The position numbers and the translations under genes are program-made. Source: Geopsychrobacteraceae bacterium (GTDB lineage: Bacteria; Desulfobacterota; Desulfuromonadia; Desulfuromonadales; Geopsychrobacteraceae). From it: a stretch of 64,000 bases of DNA. Under the pieces are notes generated by a model, which worked only from the letters and a program-made list of their open reading frames with translations, did no database searches and had not been told where the DNA came from. The DNA lies in the NCBI GenBank assembly GCA_963662315.1, contig OY759353.1, positions 672,001 to 736,000 on the forward strand, written 5' to 3'. Within the stretch, counting starts at the first letter, position 1. The number at the start of each line of letters is the position of its first letter. Shown piece after piece: positions 1 through 8,775 of the stretch.

Positions 1-105
1 GCGGTTATTTATGGACTGGCCTTTGCAACGCTGCTGACCCTGATTGTTGTACCAGTTCTCTACTCATTGGCGCACTCCGCCAAGACGCGTCTGCGGGGTG
101 CCTGA
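1..105 (+). CDS. C-terminal end of RND efflux permease (AcrB family), partial at window edge
   Basis: Frame 1 reads AVIYGLAFATLLTLIVVPVLYSLAHSAKTRLRGA*, matching the last TM helix motif of AcrB-type permeases (VxxGLxxxTLLTLxVVPxLY). Confidence 0.8.
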   Translation, partial: AVIYGLAFATLLTLIVVPVLYSLAHSAKTRLRGA

Positions 106-314
106 ATTATTTTTCCGGTTATGCTATTCTGTCTGAAAAAAAAGGAATATATCGGCAGTTTAGGGTGTCTTTTGAATTTGACAAGGGGAAGGGCTTAGGG
201 TAGAAGATTTCTCGTAAGACAGCTTTCTCCAGGCCCCGCACAGGTAACGCCGCTTCTGTCCATATGGTGTTTTCGGGGCCGAGTACTCCTATTTCAATGA
301 AAGGTTTTGTTGTT

Positions 315-1505
315 ATGTTTGAGAAGGTCGAACTTGCTCCATCCGATCCTATACTTGGCTTGAGTGAATTATTTAAAGCAGATACTAATCCTGAAAAGAT
401 CAATCTTGTGGTTGGGGTTTATCAGGATAACACCGGGAAAACACCGGTTCTCGATTCTGTCAAAGAAGCTGAAAAACGGATTCTCGCCAAAGAAGATTCC
501 AAAGGCTATCTGCCTATGACCGGCGATCCTGTCTACTGTGCCATGACCCAGGAGCTCGTCTTTGGTGAAGGGCATGAAATCATCACCAGCAAACGTGCTG
601 CTACGGCACAGTGTCCTGGCGGTACCGGCGCTTTGCGGGTTGCCGGTGATTACCTTAAAGTCTTGCATCCCGGCGCCAAAGTCTGGTTGAGTGACCCGAC
701 CTGGGCTAATCACAATACCATTTTCCAGGCTGCCGGTGTTGCTACGGCAAAGTATGCCTACCGTGACGCCAAAACCAATGGGCTCGATTTCGATGCCATG
801 ATTGCTTCGATCCAGAATATTCCGGCCGGAGACGTTGTTCTTCTGCATGGCTGCTGCCATAACCCGACAGGGATCGACCCGACGCCTGAGCAGTGGGCCA
901 AAATTGGTGAAGTTCTTGCTGAGCGCGGCATTTTGCCACTGGTTGACTTTGCTTATCATGGTCTGGCCGACGGTATTGACGAAGATCGTCAGGGTCTGCT
1001 TGAGCTGGCTAAAAAAGTCAAGCAGATGTTGGTTTGCTCCAGCTATTCAAAGAACTTTGGCCTGTATCGCGAGCGTACCGGGGCGTTGACTCTGGTGGCT
1101 GATAATGCAGAGCAGGCTGCTGTTGTCATGAGCCAGGTCAAACTGAGAATTCGTTACATTTATTCGAATCCGCCGTCTCATGGTGGGCAGATTGTCGCGA
1201 CAATCCTCAGCGATAAAGATCTGAAGGCGCAGTGGATTGAAGAAGTGGCCGCTATTCGTAATCGTATTAATGAAATGCGCCATCTGTTTGTCAAAACGCT
1301 CAAAGACAAAGGGGTGGATCGGGACTTCAGCTCAATTATCGAACAGCGTGGCATGTTCAGCTTCTCCGGGCTGACCAAAGAGCAGGTGCTGAGACTGCGT
1401 GACGAATTTTCTATTTACATTGTCGATTCCGGTCGCATCAATGTTGCCGGTATTACCACGGCAAATATTGATCGTCTGTGTGAATCGATTAAGGCAGTGC
1501 TGTAA
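315..1505 (+). CDS. aspC: Aspartate/aromatic amino acid aminotransferase (class I, PLP)
   Basis: Motifs APSDPILGL, LHGCCHNPTG, DFAY and SYSKNFGLY (PLP lysine), and GRINVAG. Start moved to ATG 315 (MFEKV). Confidence 0.95.
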   Translation: MFEKVELAPSDPILGLSELFKADTNPEKINLVVGVYQDNTGKTPVLDSVKEAEKRILAKEDSKGYLPMTGDPVYCAMTQELVFGEGHEIITSKRAATAQCPGGTGALRVAGDYLKVLHPGAKVWLSDPTWANHNTIFQAAGVATAKYAYRDAKTNGLDFDAMIASIQNIPAGDVVLLHGCCHNPTGIDPTPEQWAKIGEVLAERGILPLVDFAYHGLADGIDEDRQGLLELAKKVKQMLVCSSYSKNFGLYRERTGALTLVADNAEQAAVVMSQVKLRIRYIYSNPPSHGGQIVATILSDKDLKAQWIEEVAAIRNRINEMRHLFVKTLKDKGVDRDFSSIIEQRGMFSFSGLTKEQVLRLRDEFSIYIVDSGRINVAGITTANIDRLCESIKAVL

Positions 1506-1531
1506 TAACCTGAGTAATATCTGAATATTGT

Positions 1532-1564
1532 CGGCCCTGATACGCTAGATTGCGTTCAGGGCCG
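1532..1564 (+). terminator. Hairpin after aspC (probable terminator)
   Basis: CGGCCCTGA..ACGC / GCGT..TCAGGGCCG stem; weak U-tract. Confidence 0.5.
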
Positions 1565-1625
1565 GTTGTATGTTTGCGACTTTACGTGTCTTTCAATTTT
1601 TACGAAAAAAAGTTTATATTTTCCC

Positions 1626-1654
1626 TTGACGGGGTCATTATTCTTTGTTAGAAA
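1626..1654 (+). promoter_or_regulatory. Sigma70-type promoter of tRNA-Gln
   Basis: TTGACG-17bp-TAGAAA, 16 bp upstream of the tRNA. Confidence 0.6.
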
Positions 1655-1670
1655 GTGCATCTCTTTTTGA

Positions 1671-1745
1671 TGGGGCGTCGCCAAGCGGTAAGGCACCGGA
1701 TTTTGATTCCGGCATTCCCAGGTTCGAATCCTGGCGCCCCAGCCA
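1671..1745 (+). tRNA. tRNA-Gln (anticodon TTG)
   Basis: Cloverleaf TGGGGCG...CGCCCCA-GCCA; anticodon arm CCGGA-TTTTGAT-TCCGG; T-loop GGTTCGAATCC; CCA encoded. Confidence 0.97.
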
Positions 1746-1850
1746 CTCTTTAAAAATCATCATTTCAGGATTCGAACAAAGCGAACACTGATTTGATGTG
1801 AAATATGACAGTCATGTATATAGTTTGACGTCGCCCTGAGGGGTGTCGAC

Positions 1851-1882
1851 GAAAAGGATGAAGTTACCAACTTCATCCTTTT
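1851..1882 (+). terminator. Intrinsic terminator downstream of tRNA-Gln
   Basis: Perfect stem AAAAGGATGAAGTT-acc-AACTTCATCCTTTT with T-run. Confidence 0.75.
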
Positions 1883-1968
1883 TACGTTTTGGCTTGTTGC
1901 AGAAAATTGAGGTACGGGTTAATTTTAATGATATTTGTTACGTTACCTTTCAGAAACGGACATATTTC

Positions 1969-2922
1969 ATGACGATTGAGACCCTGACGGAGAGTCCTGC
2001 TGAGTTCAGCTTCTGGTTGCCTGAAGACGGTTATTCCTTGGTCATCGGACCGGAAGAGCCGGATTTGGTGGTTCCCTCAGTTCCCCTTCCCATAAAAATT
2101 CAAGACTTCAACGCGGCTACTACGCCGGGCCTGAAAGCAATTGGCGATGGGCTGTATGAGTATCTTTGTCAGTACCCCGATTGTGACCATGGCGCTGAGT
2201 ATGCGACTATCCTGAAGCAGGCTTATCCTTTTTTATACAGTGATATCGCCGCCCAATTAATTGTTCTCGATGTCAAAGGGGCTGACGTTGAGGGGACCCG
2301 GCGTAAGCTGGCATTGCTGAAAATCCTGCTGTATACCGAACCGGATAACTTCGGTTTGTTGTTCAAGACCGGGGTCGCCTGTTATGACCTTGCCTTGTGT
2401 TATTCAGTCATTTCCGACGTTGACAGCTATATTAACCAGGCGCGCGTCTTTTTTGAGCGCGCCCGCAAACTCAATGCGACAGACTCTGCCAACCTGAATT
2501 ATCTGGGTCAGGTCTGTTATCTTCAGGGGCGCTATCATCAGGCCAAGATTTATTGGCAGTCTGTCGTTCAGGCCCTTGATGATCAGACTACCGCGTCGAG
2601 GCTAAGGTATTTTCTAAACAAAATTGACGTTGGGGATATTCCTGTTGCGCCACTGGTTGACAGCCTGCGTGCGGTGGCAGATGCTCTTGCCTATTATGAA
2701 GCTGGTCACTATGGCGAGGCGCTGCGTCTGATGGAGCTGCTTGTTCGGGACGGCTCGTTGATGAATGAGCTGCCAAACCCTGAGTTTTATTATTTGCTCG
2801 GCATCTGTCGCGAAAAATGCCACAATACGGCCGAGGCCAGGGATGCATTTGACCGTGCTTTACTGCTGGACCCCGAGCATCAACTGGCAAAAGACGCTCT
2901 GTTACGAATCGATAGACATTGA
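1969..2922 (+). CDS. Tetratricopeptide repeat protein
   Basis: TPR-like helices (NLNYLGQVCYLQGRYHQA; FYYLLGICREK...ARDAFDRALLLDPEH). Start placed at ATG 1969, downstream of the terminator. Confidence 0.8.
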   Translation: MTIETLTESPAEFSFWLPEDGYSLVIGPEEPDLVVPSVPLPIKIQDFNAATTPGLKAIGDGLYEYLCQYPDCDHGAEYATILKQAYPFLYSDIAAQLIVLDVKGADVEGTRRKLALLKILLYTEPDNFGLLFKTGVACYDLALCYSVISDVDSYINQARVFFERARKLNATDSANLNYLGQVCYLQGRYHQAKIYWQSVVQALDDQTTASRLRYFLNKIDVGDIPVAPLVDSLRAVADALAYYEAGHYGEALRLMELLVRDGSLMNELPNPEFYYLLGICREKCHNTAEARDAFDRALLLDPEHQLAKDALLRIDRH

Positions 2923-2932
2923 GGTTACCCAT

Positions 2933-3094
2933 ATGGAATCCATTACTTTTGCAGATATCCTGTTCACTGTTATTGTGCTGGCGGTTACCTTCGGTATCCT
3001 GTATTTGGTCAATAAGGCCAAAAATAAAAAAACTGACAGTCAAAATCAAGACCCTGGCGCGGCTGATAAAAGTAGTGAAGAAACATCTTCTTAA
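2933..3094 (+). CDS. Small single-pass membrane protein (53 aa)
   Basis: GAGG SD, then MESITFADILFTVIVLAVTFGILYLVNKAKNKK...: hydrophobic helix followed by a basic stretch. Confidence 0.65.
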   Translation: MESITFADILFTVIVLAVTFGILYLVNKAKNKKTDSQNQDPGAADKSSEETSS

Positions 3095-3178
3095 TGCCAG
3101 CGGGCTTTCCTCTTCCATGAATAAGGTTTATTTCTTTTTACAGGTTTGCTTCGGCAAACCTTTTTTATTGTGACCGCG

Positions 3179-4432
3179 ATGGAACCGACACAAAAAATCA
3201 CTCACTTCATCAAAACCAACAGCTTGCTGCAAAGTTTTGTCCGCATGACCTCTGCCGGGCACTTCTGGCTGGTTGGCGGCTCTATCCGTGACCTGCTGTT
3301 GGGTCGGGTTCCTGATGATATTGATATTGCCTGTGATCACGACCCGACAGCACTTGCCAAGGCATGGGCGCGGAACATATCGGGAAGTTGGTTCTGGCTC
3401 GATAAAGATCGCTGTCAGAGCCGGGTTGTGACTCCGCATGGCGATACCTACGATTTTTCCCCATTGCGAGCGGCTTCTATAGTGGAAGATCTGCACTTGC
3501 GCGATTTCACCATGAATGCGCTCGCTTTTCCTTTGCTGAAAGAGTCAGCAGGGCAGGGGCAGGAATTGCTTGATCCCTTGCACGGGTATAGGGACCTGCA
3601 GGGCAGGGTTTTACGCCAGTGCCATGAACTGTCTTTTGTGCAGGACCCGTTGCGGATGCTGAAGGGGATTCGCCATATGGTCAGCCTGGGGCTGACCATT
3701 GACCCAGAGGTGTTGCAAGGCCTGAAGACCCACCATGGTTTAATTGCCCCTGTCGCAGGTGAACGCATTCAGACCGAACTGGAAGCGATATTAGAGTCAG
3801 ATGAGGTGCAGACCGGGGTCAGGCTTCTGGTGGAAAGTTCTTTGCTTGAAAGTATTTTTGCGTGCCCTGAGTATCATGATGCTCCCGAGGCTCTGGCTGC
3901 AGCTGTGGCGGACTTTCATCACTACGTCCATACCTATAGTGGGGTTGATGCGTTCGCACTGGTGCTGGCTTATCTTCTAAGTCGCTTTGAGGTCGCTGAT
4001 GTGACAGCAATTGTCCGCAACCGGCTTAAACTGAGCAAAAAGAGACAGATATCGATCAGTCAACTATTAGGCGGAGAGATCTCTGTAGGTGCCGGAATAG
4101 TTGCTGTTCACACTTTGTCTGTGCGCCAAAAGGCCCTGGTTTTCGAGCGTGTTCAACCCGCCGCTGGGGAGAAACTCGTTTGGTGGAATTATGCTCAGCG
4201 TGCTGTGTCGCCTGAGGATATAGCGGATTTGGCCGATGCTTTTGCTGCCGTTCAATGTTTCGGCAAGGTTCCTCATCTGTTGTCGGGGGATGACATTATC
4301 GCTTTGGCAGGCAGCCAGGCGGGCCGGAATATCGGTGTTTTGCAGGCGGCGCTCAAAGCTGCTGAAATGACCGGTAAAATTCAAACCAGGGAAGATGCTA
4401 TAGATTGGCTCAGGCTGCAAAATATAGATTGA
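3179..4432 (+). CDS. tRNA nucleotidyltransferase (class II), probably CC-adding
   Basis: GGSIRDLLLG..DIDI, DLHLRDFTMNA, QDPLRMLKGIR, ERIQTEL and the C-terminal G..IG..Q..L.AAE..G.I.TREDA motif; no HD domain. Confidence 0.88.
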   Translation: MEPTQKITHFIKTNSLLQSFVRMTSAGHFWLVGGSIRDLLLGRVPDDIDIACDHDPTALAKAWARNISGSWFWLDKDRCQSRVVTPHGDTYDFSPLRAASIVEDLHLRDFTMNALAFPLLKESAGQGQELLDPLHGYRDLQGRVLRQCHELSFVQDPLRMLKGIRHMVSLGLTIDPEVLQGLKTHHGLIAPVAGERIQTELEAILESDEVQTGVRLLVESSLLESIFACPEYHDAPEALAAAVADFHHYVHTYSGVDAFALVLAYLLSRFEVADVTAIVRNRLKLSKKRQISISQLLGGEISVGAGIVAVHTLSVRQKALVFERVQPAAGEKLVWWNYAQRAVSPEDIADLADAFAAVQCFGKVPHLLSGDDIIALAGSQAGRNIGVLQAALKAAEMTGKIQTREDAIDWLRLQNID

Positions 4433-4458
4433 CAATTTGAAAGCGAGATTACTATACT
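4429..4458 (+). promoter_or_regulatory. Sigma70 promoter of tRNA-Gly, overlapping the upstream stop codon
   Basis: TTGACA-18bp-TATACT; the -35 box contains the TGA stop of the upstream gene. Confidence 0.7.
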
Positions 4459-4470
4459 GCGCCCACCAAT

Positions 4471-4546
4471 GCGGGAGTAACTCAGTTGGTAGAGTATCAG
4501 CTTCCCAAGCTGAGAGTCGCGGGTTCGAATCCCGTTTCCCGCTCCA
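4471..4546 (+). tRNA. tRNA-Gly (anticodon CCC)
   Basis: GCGGGAG...TTCCCGC-TCCA; anticodon arm TCAGC-TTCCCAA-GCTGA; GGTTCGAATCC T-loop. Confidence 0.97.
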
Positions 4547-4552
4547 AATTTC

Positions 4553-4590
4553 GCCCCGTAAGTCTTCGGATTTGCGGGGCTTTTTGTTTT
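4553..4590 (+). terminator. Intrinsic terminator after tRNA-Gly
   Basis: GCCCCGTAAGTC-ttcg-GATTTGCGGGGC followed by TTTTTGTTTT. Confidence 0.8.
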
Positions 4591-4604
4591 CTATATTGAT
4601 TAAC

Positions 4605-4676
4605 GGGTCTACACCAAACAAAGGGGCAGGTCATTTTATCGGGTCTACACCAAACAAAGGGGCAGGTCATTTTATC
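4605..4676. repeat. Perfect tandem duplication of the 36-bp ISL3 terminal sequence
   Basis: GGGTCTACACCAAACAAAGGGGCAGGTCATTTTATC at 4605-4640 and 4641-4676. Confidence 0.95.
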
Positions 4677-6000
4677 CCGCCATAAATCTGATAAAATTTG
4701 CTAATTTCTACCCGCACAATACCTTTACGCGCAACCTGTAATTCTCAAAATTTCTAAAGCCGTATGCTCGCCGTTGAATCAACTTCATCTTACGGTGAAA
4801 ACCTTCCACAATTCCATTGCTCCGATAATACCGAAACATACAGGCTATAGGTTCTAACCAGCTGGTCAGCGTTTTCCCCAATGTTTGCATTGGTCGAAAA
4901 GGACTACTCTTTAATATGTCGATCTTGTTTAATAAATCTCGAATAAGAGATCTACAGGCGCTGGGGTCTTTTCCTTTATTGCGACACAGATTCGCTAGAT
5001 CCTGACAAAACAGCCACAGGTTTTTGATCACGGGCTGTTGCTCGAAATACTGGAAAAGCTTTTGCTGTTTTCTTTCCGACAACGACTCTCTTTTCGTGCA
5101 CATAGCTCTTATAAGCCCGCCTCGGCCCCAGGCAAGATTCTCTTCATCAATCAGCTTGCACGTTTTGGCAAAGTGCTGATTGATCAGTTTGATAACATGA
5201 AACCTGTCCGTCACGATTTTCGCGTTTGGAAACCACTGTCTCACCATGGCCCGATAAGGCGCATGCATATCCATGCAGACCATTTCAACGCGTTTGCGGC
5301 CTTTTAATGATTGCAAAAAGGGCTGTAGCTCTTGTTCGCTGCGGCCAGGGACGATATCAAATACACTGTGTTTTTCAAGATTGCAAAAGGTCGTCACAAA
5401 ACCAACCTTTTTAGTGAATCGATGCTCATCGATACCGATAATTCGCGGGCATTGACGGTTCTTCTGGTGGTTGATCTTATGCACAACACGCTGATGGTAG
5501 TATCTTTCAATCGTTGCGACACTGACACCACTTTCCGCTGCCGCATCCTTGTTGGAATAGCCCCTGCGACAGCGAGTAAAGACGTTATTCTTCAGAGGCT
5601 CAGTTGAGCGACTCCACTTTCCAATGCCATTCATGCGGGTATTAAAGTACCGCCCACAGTGTTGGCAATGATATTTATGGCAATAGACAAGAAGAGTGAC
5701 GGGAGCTCCTTGTTGTGGAATGCTTCTAATTTCCCGCCAGAAACTATCTTTGATGCGCTTTCCCGCTGTTCCGCACCTCGGGCATAAGGTGCTCTTGTTG
5801 TAAGCAACCTCAAGCTTAGTCGGTCGTAAGCTGAGGACCTTTTTAATTGAAAAATCAGTCAGTCCAGTCAATAATCTATCCATAGATTGATCTTCTTTCT
5901 TTGGTCGGAAATTTGATCAATTTATGGGGCATGTCGAAATTCTTTGGTATGCCTTTTTTCTGTCGGATTATTTAACTGCCCCTGTCTTTGAGGGAGAGCC
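4641..6000 (-). mobile_element. ISL3-family insertion sequence
   Basis: Imperfect terminal IRs GGGTCTACACCAAACAAAGGGGCAGGT and (reverse strand from 6000) GGCTCTCCCTCAAAGACAGGGGCAGTT flank an ISL3 transposase; no target duplication visible. Confidence 0.88.
4708..5883 (-). CDS. ISL3-family transposase
   Basis: Zn finger CPRC..CQHC, IGIDE, VCMDM, VTDRFHV and SNGIVEGFHRKMKLIQRRAYGFRNFENYRLR. Confidence 0.95.
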   Translation of the reverse strand: MDRLLTGLTDFSIKKVLSLRPTKLEVAYNKSTLCPRCGTAGKRIKDSFWREIRSIPQQGAPVTLLVYCHKYHCQHCGRYFNTRMNGIGKWSRSTEPLKNNVFTRCRRGYSNKDAAAESGVSVATIERYYHQRVVHKINHQKNRQCPRIIGIDEHRFTKKVGFVTTFCNLEKHSVFDIVPGRSEQELQPFLQSLKGRKRVEMVCMDMHAPYRAMVRQWFPNAKIVTDRFHVIKLINQHFAKTCKLIDEENLAWGRGGLIRAMCTKRESLSERKQQKLFQYFEQQPVIKNLWLFCQDLANLCRNKGKDPSACRSLIRDLLNKIDILKSSPFRPMQTLGKTLTSWLEPIACMFRYYRSNGIVEGFHRKMKLIQRRAYGFRNFENYRLRVKVLCG

Positions 6001-6073
6001 GATTTCGATTTTTTCAGGACCGACTAACTATCTGAAATCACTAGTGTAAGCCATGGGTGGCTGTAAGCCATAA

Positions 6074-7100
6074 GGGTCAGCCCTTGACTCGGGACAATTC
6101 CTCCAAGGCGAGAGACAGTCCCCTGTGATCCTGCAGTCGCTTCCCAAATCGCTGGCATATTTTCGCAACCGCCGAATAAACTTAAGCCGTCAAACATTTC
6201 CCCGATCTCCCTGTTGGCAGCAGCCGTCTGCCGTTTCAGCAGATAGATCGCCATATCTCGTGCGTGGCGATATTCTTTCTTGTTCAAATCCTGCGGACTG
6301 CAACCGTGGTGTGCACAAACTCGCCGGATAATATCCTCAACCCGATTTCCGGCCTGCAAGGACTTGCGATACGAAACGTCTTCTCGCTCCACCTGGTCAG
6401 CGGACAATCTCTGTAAAACCTCGCGGACGAAATGTTCTCTACCCAAAACGAAGCCACCGTAAAGTTTTTCCAGGGGACTCACCGTTCCCCCTTCAAGGGC
6501 CGATTCGACATATTCGCGGTATTTGCCAACGGCTTTGGTACTGTCGTCTGTCAACAATGCCAGAACCTCTTTCCGACAGACCAAATCGTCTGCGCTTTGA
6601 CCGATGTAACTGCCATAGCTGCTGTGTGGATACTCCTCAGGTAGCTCCTTGATCCCAGCTATGACGGGGTTCAGATGAATATAGCGACTGAGTTCCAGCA
6701 GGTAATTGTCTCGGTCCACGACAATCGATTTGTAACGCCCTTGGAACAGATGTCCACTGCGCTTAAGCTTGACGTTGATGTAGGTGGTGTACGAGCCGTT
6801 CAGGTAATGCATCACCTTGGAAAGATTCGCTTCCCGCGTTTCAAGCAGTAGATGATAATGATTCCCCATCAGCACGTAAGCATGGAGCACACAGCCGAAG
6901 CGCTCGCAAGCAATCCCAAGATATTCCTTGAACCGCGCGTAATCCCGCTGTGAAACAAATATTTTCTTGCGCTCATTCCCTCGGGACGGGACGTGATAGA
7001 GCGCTCCGGCTAATTCAATCCGTAATGGTCTGGATCTCGTCCCCCCTCCCTTTGGAATAGGCGAGCCACCTCAAATTTGTCCCATGTCAAGGGCTGACCC
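6074..7100 (-). mobile_element. Y1/RAYT-transposase element bounded by 24-bp inverted repeats
   Basis: GGGTCAGCCCTTGACTCGGGACAA (6074-6097) and TTGTCCCATGTCAAGGGCTGACCC (7077-7100) are 22/24 inverted repeats. Confidence 0.7.
6077..7037 (-). pseudogene. REP-associated tyrosine (Y1/HUH) transposase with C-terminal HTH; start lost and frameshifted
   Basis: In-frame upstream text RPLRIELAGALYHVPSRGNERKKIF; HUH motif NHYHL; GHLFQGRY; RYIHLNP. The expected ATG position (7037-7035) reads AGA. An extra T at 6178-6180 shifts the C-terminus (corrected: YSAVAKICQRF...LSRVKG*). Confidence 0.8.
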
Positions 7101-7107
7101 TGTTACT

Positions 7108-7407
7108 TCATAGATGACGCGCTGAGGCTAGCAGATAGGCTTCGTCCATAGGGAAAGAAGCAAAGTGTTCTTGCCACAGATGCCCCCGCCAACCTGTTTC
7201 ACCTGTTGGTACAGCAATTAAATGAGCATGATTCGGCATGAGACACCAAGCCCAGATATCCACATGGTATTTAGCACACCAATGAGACATCAGGTCGATA
7301 TAGATCTGATAATCCTCTTCGCAAAAAAATGTAGTCTGCCCCCGGTTGCCTCGCTGCGTTACATGATGGGGCAAACCGGGCGCAATAACTCGTGCTATCC
7401 TCGCCAT
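7108..7407 (-). pseudogene. Second RAYT-type transposase fragment (internal deletion, truncated)
   Basis: MARIARVIAPGLPHHVTQRGN...WCLMPNHAHLIAVP is joined almost directly to GHLWQ..F.SFPMDEAYLL; ends next to the 7100 IR. Confidence 0.8.
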
Positions 7408-7516
7408 AAGAAAAAGACTATCAGTCAACAAGACTTTGTCAAAGATCTACATACCGTCCCCGGAACTCCCGTATTTTATTGTTAATAGATTGATATAAAA
7501 TTATGCGTCTTAAGGT

Positions 7517-7609
7517 TGTCGAAATTCTTTACAATATGTGAGGAATTTTTCGACATATGTTGTAAATATCTATAATTTCGTGTGCTTTCCATTTGGTATG
7601 ATATTTGTA
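7517..7609 (+). promoter_or_regulatory. Enhancer boxes plus sigma54-like promoter of PEP-CTERM gene
   Basis: TGT-N11-ACA (7517-7533), TGA-N11-ACA (7539-7555) and TGGTAT-N5-TTGT (7594-7608). Confidence 0.6.
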
Positions 7610-7656
7610 TGAATGAATATGACAGCTGAGATTAATTACTTTAAAGGAGGAGTTTC

Positions 7657-8235
7657 ATGACTAGGATTTGCAAATACTTAATTGTTTTTTCATTTTTACT
7701 TCTGTTAATACCAATTCAATCATTCGCCTTTCCTATCGCATCAACGGGGGAGGGATTATCTGTTTACGTAACCTCTACAGAAGATGTAATTGCTACATAT
7801 CAAGGTAATTCAGCGAGTTACAGTAATGATTTGTATTTAGCAAATATTGGTGCATTTATATTTAACAATCATGCTACGCCAATCGGAACTACATATAATT
7901 TAGGGTCATTTGCAATTGGAACTGAGCTTGTATTTTATATCCATGTTAATCCCACGGGGTATGATTTCTACACTGGTGATGCAAGCCGTAATCCTGATAA
8001 CCATGTACACGCACGTGTAGACACAAGTTGGGCTGGGAATGCTACCTTAGTAAGTTTCGAGGATCTCTTCAATGGCCCATTTGTTTTTAATGATCTGAGT
8101 TTTTCTTTTACTAATACTACTGGCAGCATTACGCCTCCTGTCGTAGGTCCAGAGCCTGTTCCAGAACCATCCACAGTTTTACTGCTAGGCTCTGGATTAG
8201 TAGGTTTATGCTTTTTGAAACGTAAGAAAAAATAA
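7657..8235 (+). CDS. PEP-CTERM sorting domain protein
   Basis: Signal peptide; C-terminal VPEPSTVLLLGSGLVGLCFLKRKKK; AAAGGAGGAG SD. Confidence 0.93.
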   Translation: MTRICKYLIVFSFLLLLIPIQSFAFPIASTGEGLSVYVTSTEDVIATYQGNSASYSNDLYLANIGAFIFNNHATPIGTTYNLGSFAIGTELVFYIHVNPTGYDFYTGDASRNPDNHVHARVDTSWAGNATLVSFEDLFNGPFVFNDLSFSFTNTTGSITPPVVGPEPVPEPSTVLLLGSGLVGLCFLKRKKK

Positions 8236-8654
8236 GCCTGATTTTATTGTAATCTCTCTACAGAGAAGGATTAATAGTTCTTCTTTGTAGAGGGGTTCGT
8301 TTTAGCTCCTGTGCGTATTTGTCAATTAATTCTCCCACTTTAATAACATCTGCTCTTTTTCTATTTCATAGTCACAAAACATATATGTTCTGTTGATTTT
8401 TCCAAAAGAGTGCCCCAACAACGCGGTTATGTTCATGAGAAACCTATTCTTATTTAAATTCTTAGGGTAGATCCTAGGGTAGCTTTTATCGATTATTTAA
8501 CTATACCTGTCGTGTCCCTTTGTATATAGGATATTTTGTGCAGCCATAAAACCGCCCTCCCTTATGAATTCCTCTTTTGCAGCTCTAATAACCATTGGAT
8601 TTCCACATATTGGAAAGGTGTTGCTGTCTTCGATTCTGATTGTTCCTTGAAAAG

Positions 8655-8770
8655 TGGTAATCATCCCATTTTTAACAGGGCTCAAAAGTAGGGTTCAGGC
8701 CGCCATGGCCAGTTTCAGTTTTGGTGTCATTCCACCGTTTGCCATATTCGGTCGTTCATTGTTAAATAAA
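8655..8770 (-). pseudogene. IS3-family remnant (transposase C-terminus plus terminal IR)
   Basis: Minus strand NNERPNMANGGMTPKLKLAMAA*, then an end reading ...AAATGGGATGATTACCA. Confidence 0.75.
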
Positions 8771-8775
8771 TATTG

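Noticed and set aside
4605..4676. 36-bp direct repeat as a CRISPR array
   Set aside because: Two copies with no spacer and no cas genes; the sequence matches the other ISL3 end as an inverted repeat.
4067..4685. ORFs 4067-4621(-) and 4437-4685(+)
   Set aside because: They overlap the tRNA-Gly and IS end; spurious.
5932..5945. TGTCGAAATTCTTT in the ISL3 leader, identical to 14 bp of the PEP-CTERM box at 7517
   Set aside because: It lacks the closing ACA and has no properly spaced sigma54 site; likely chance.
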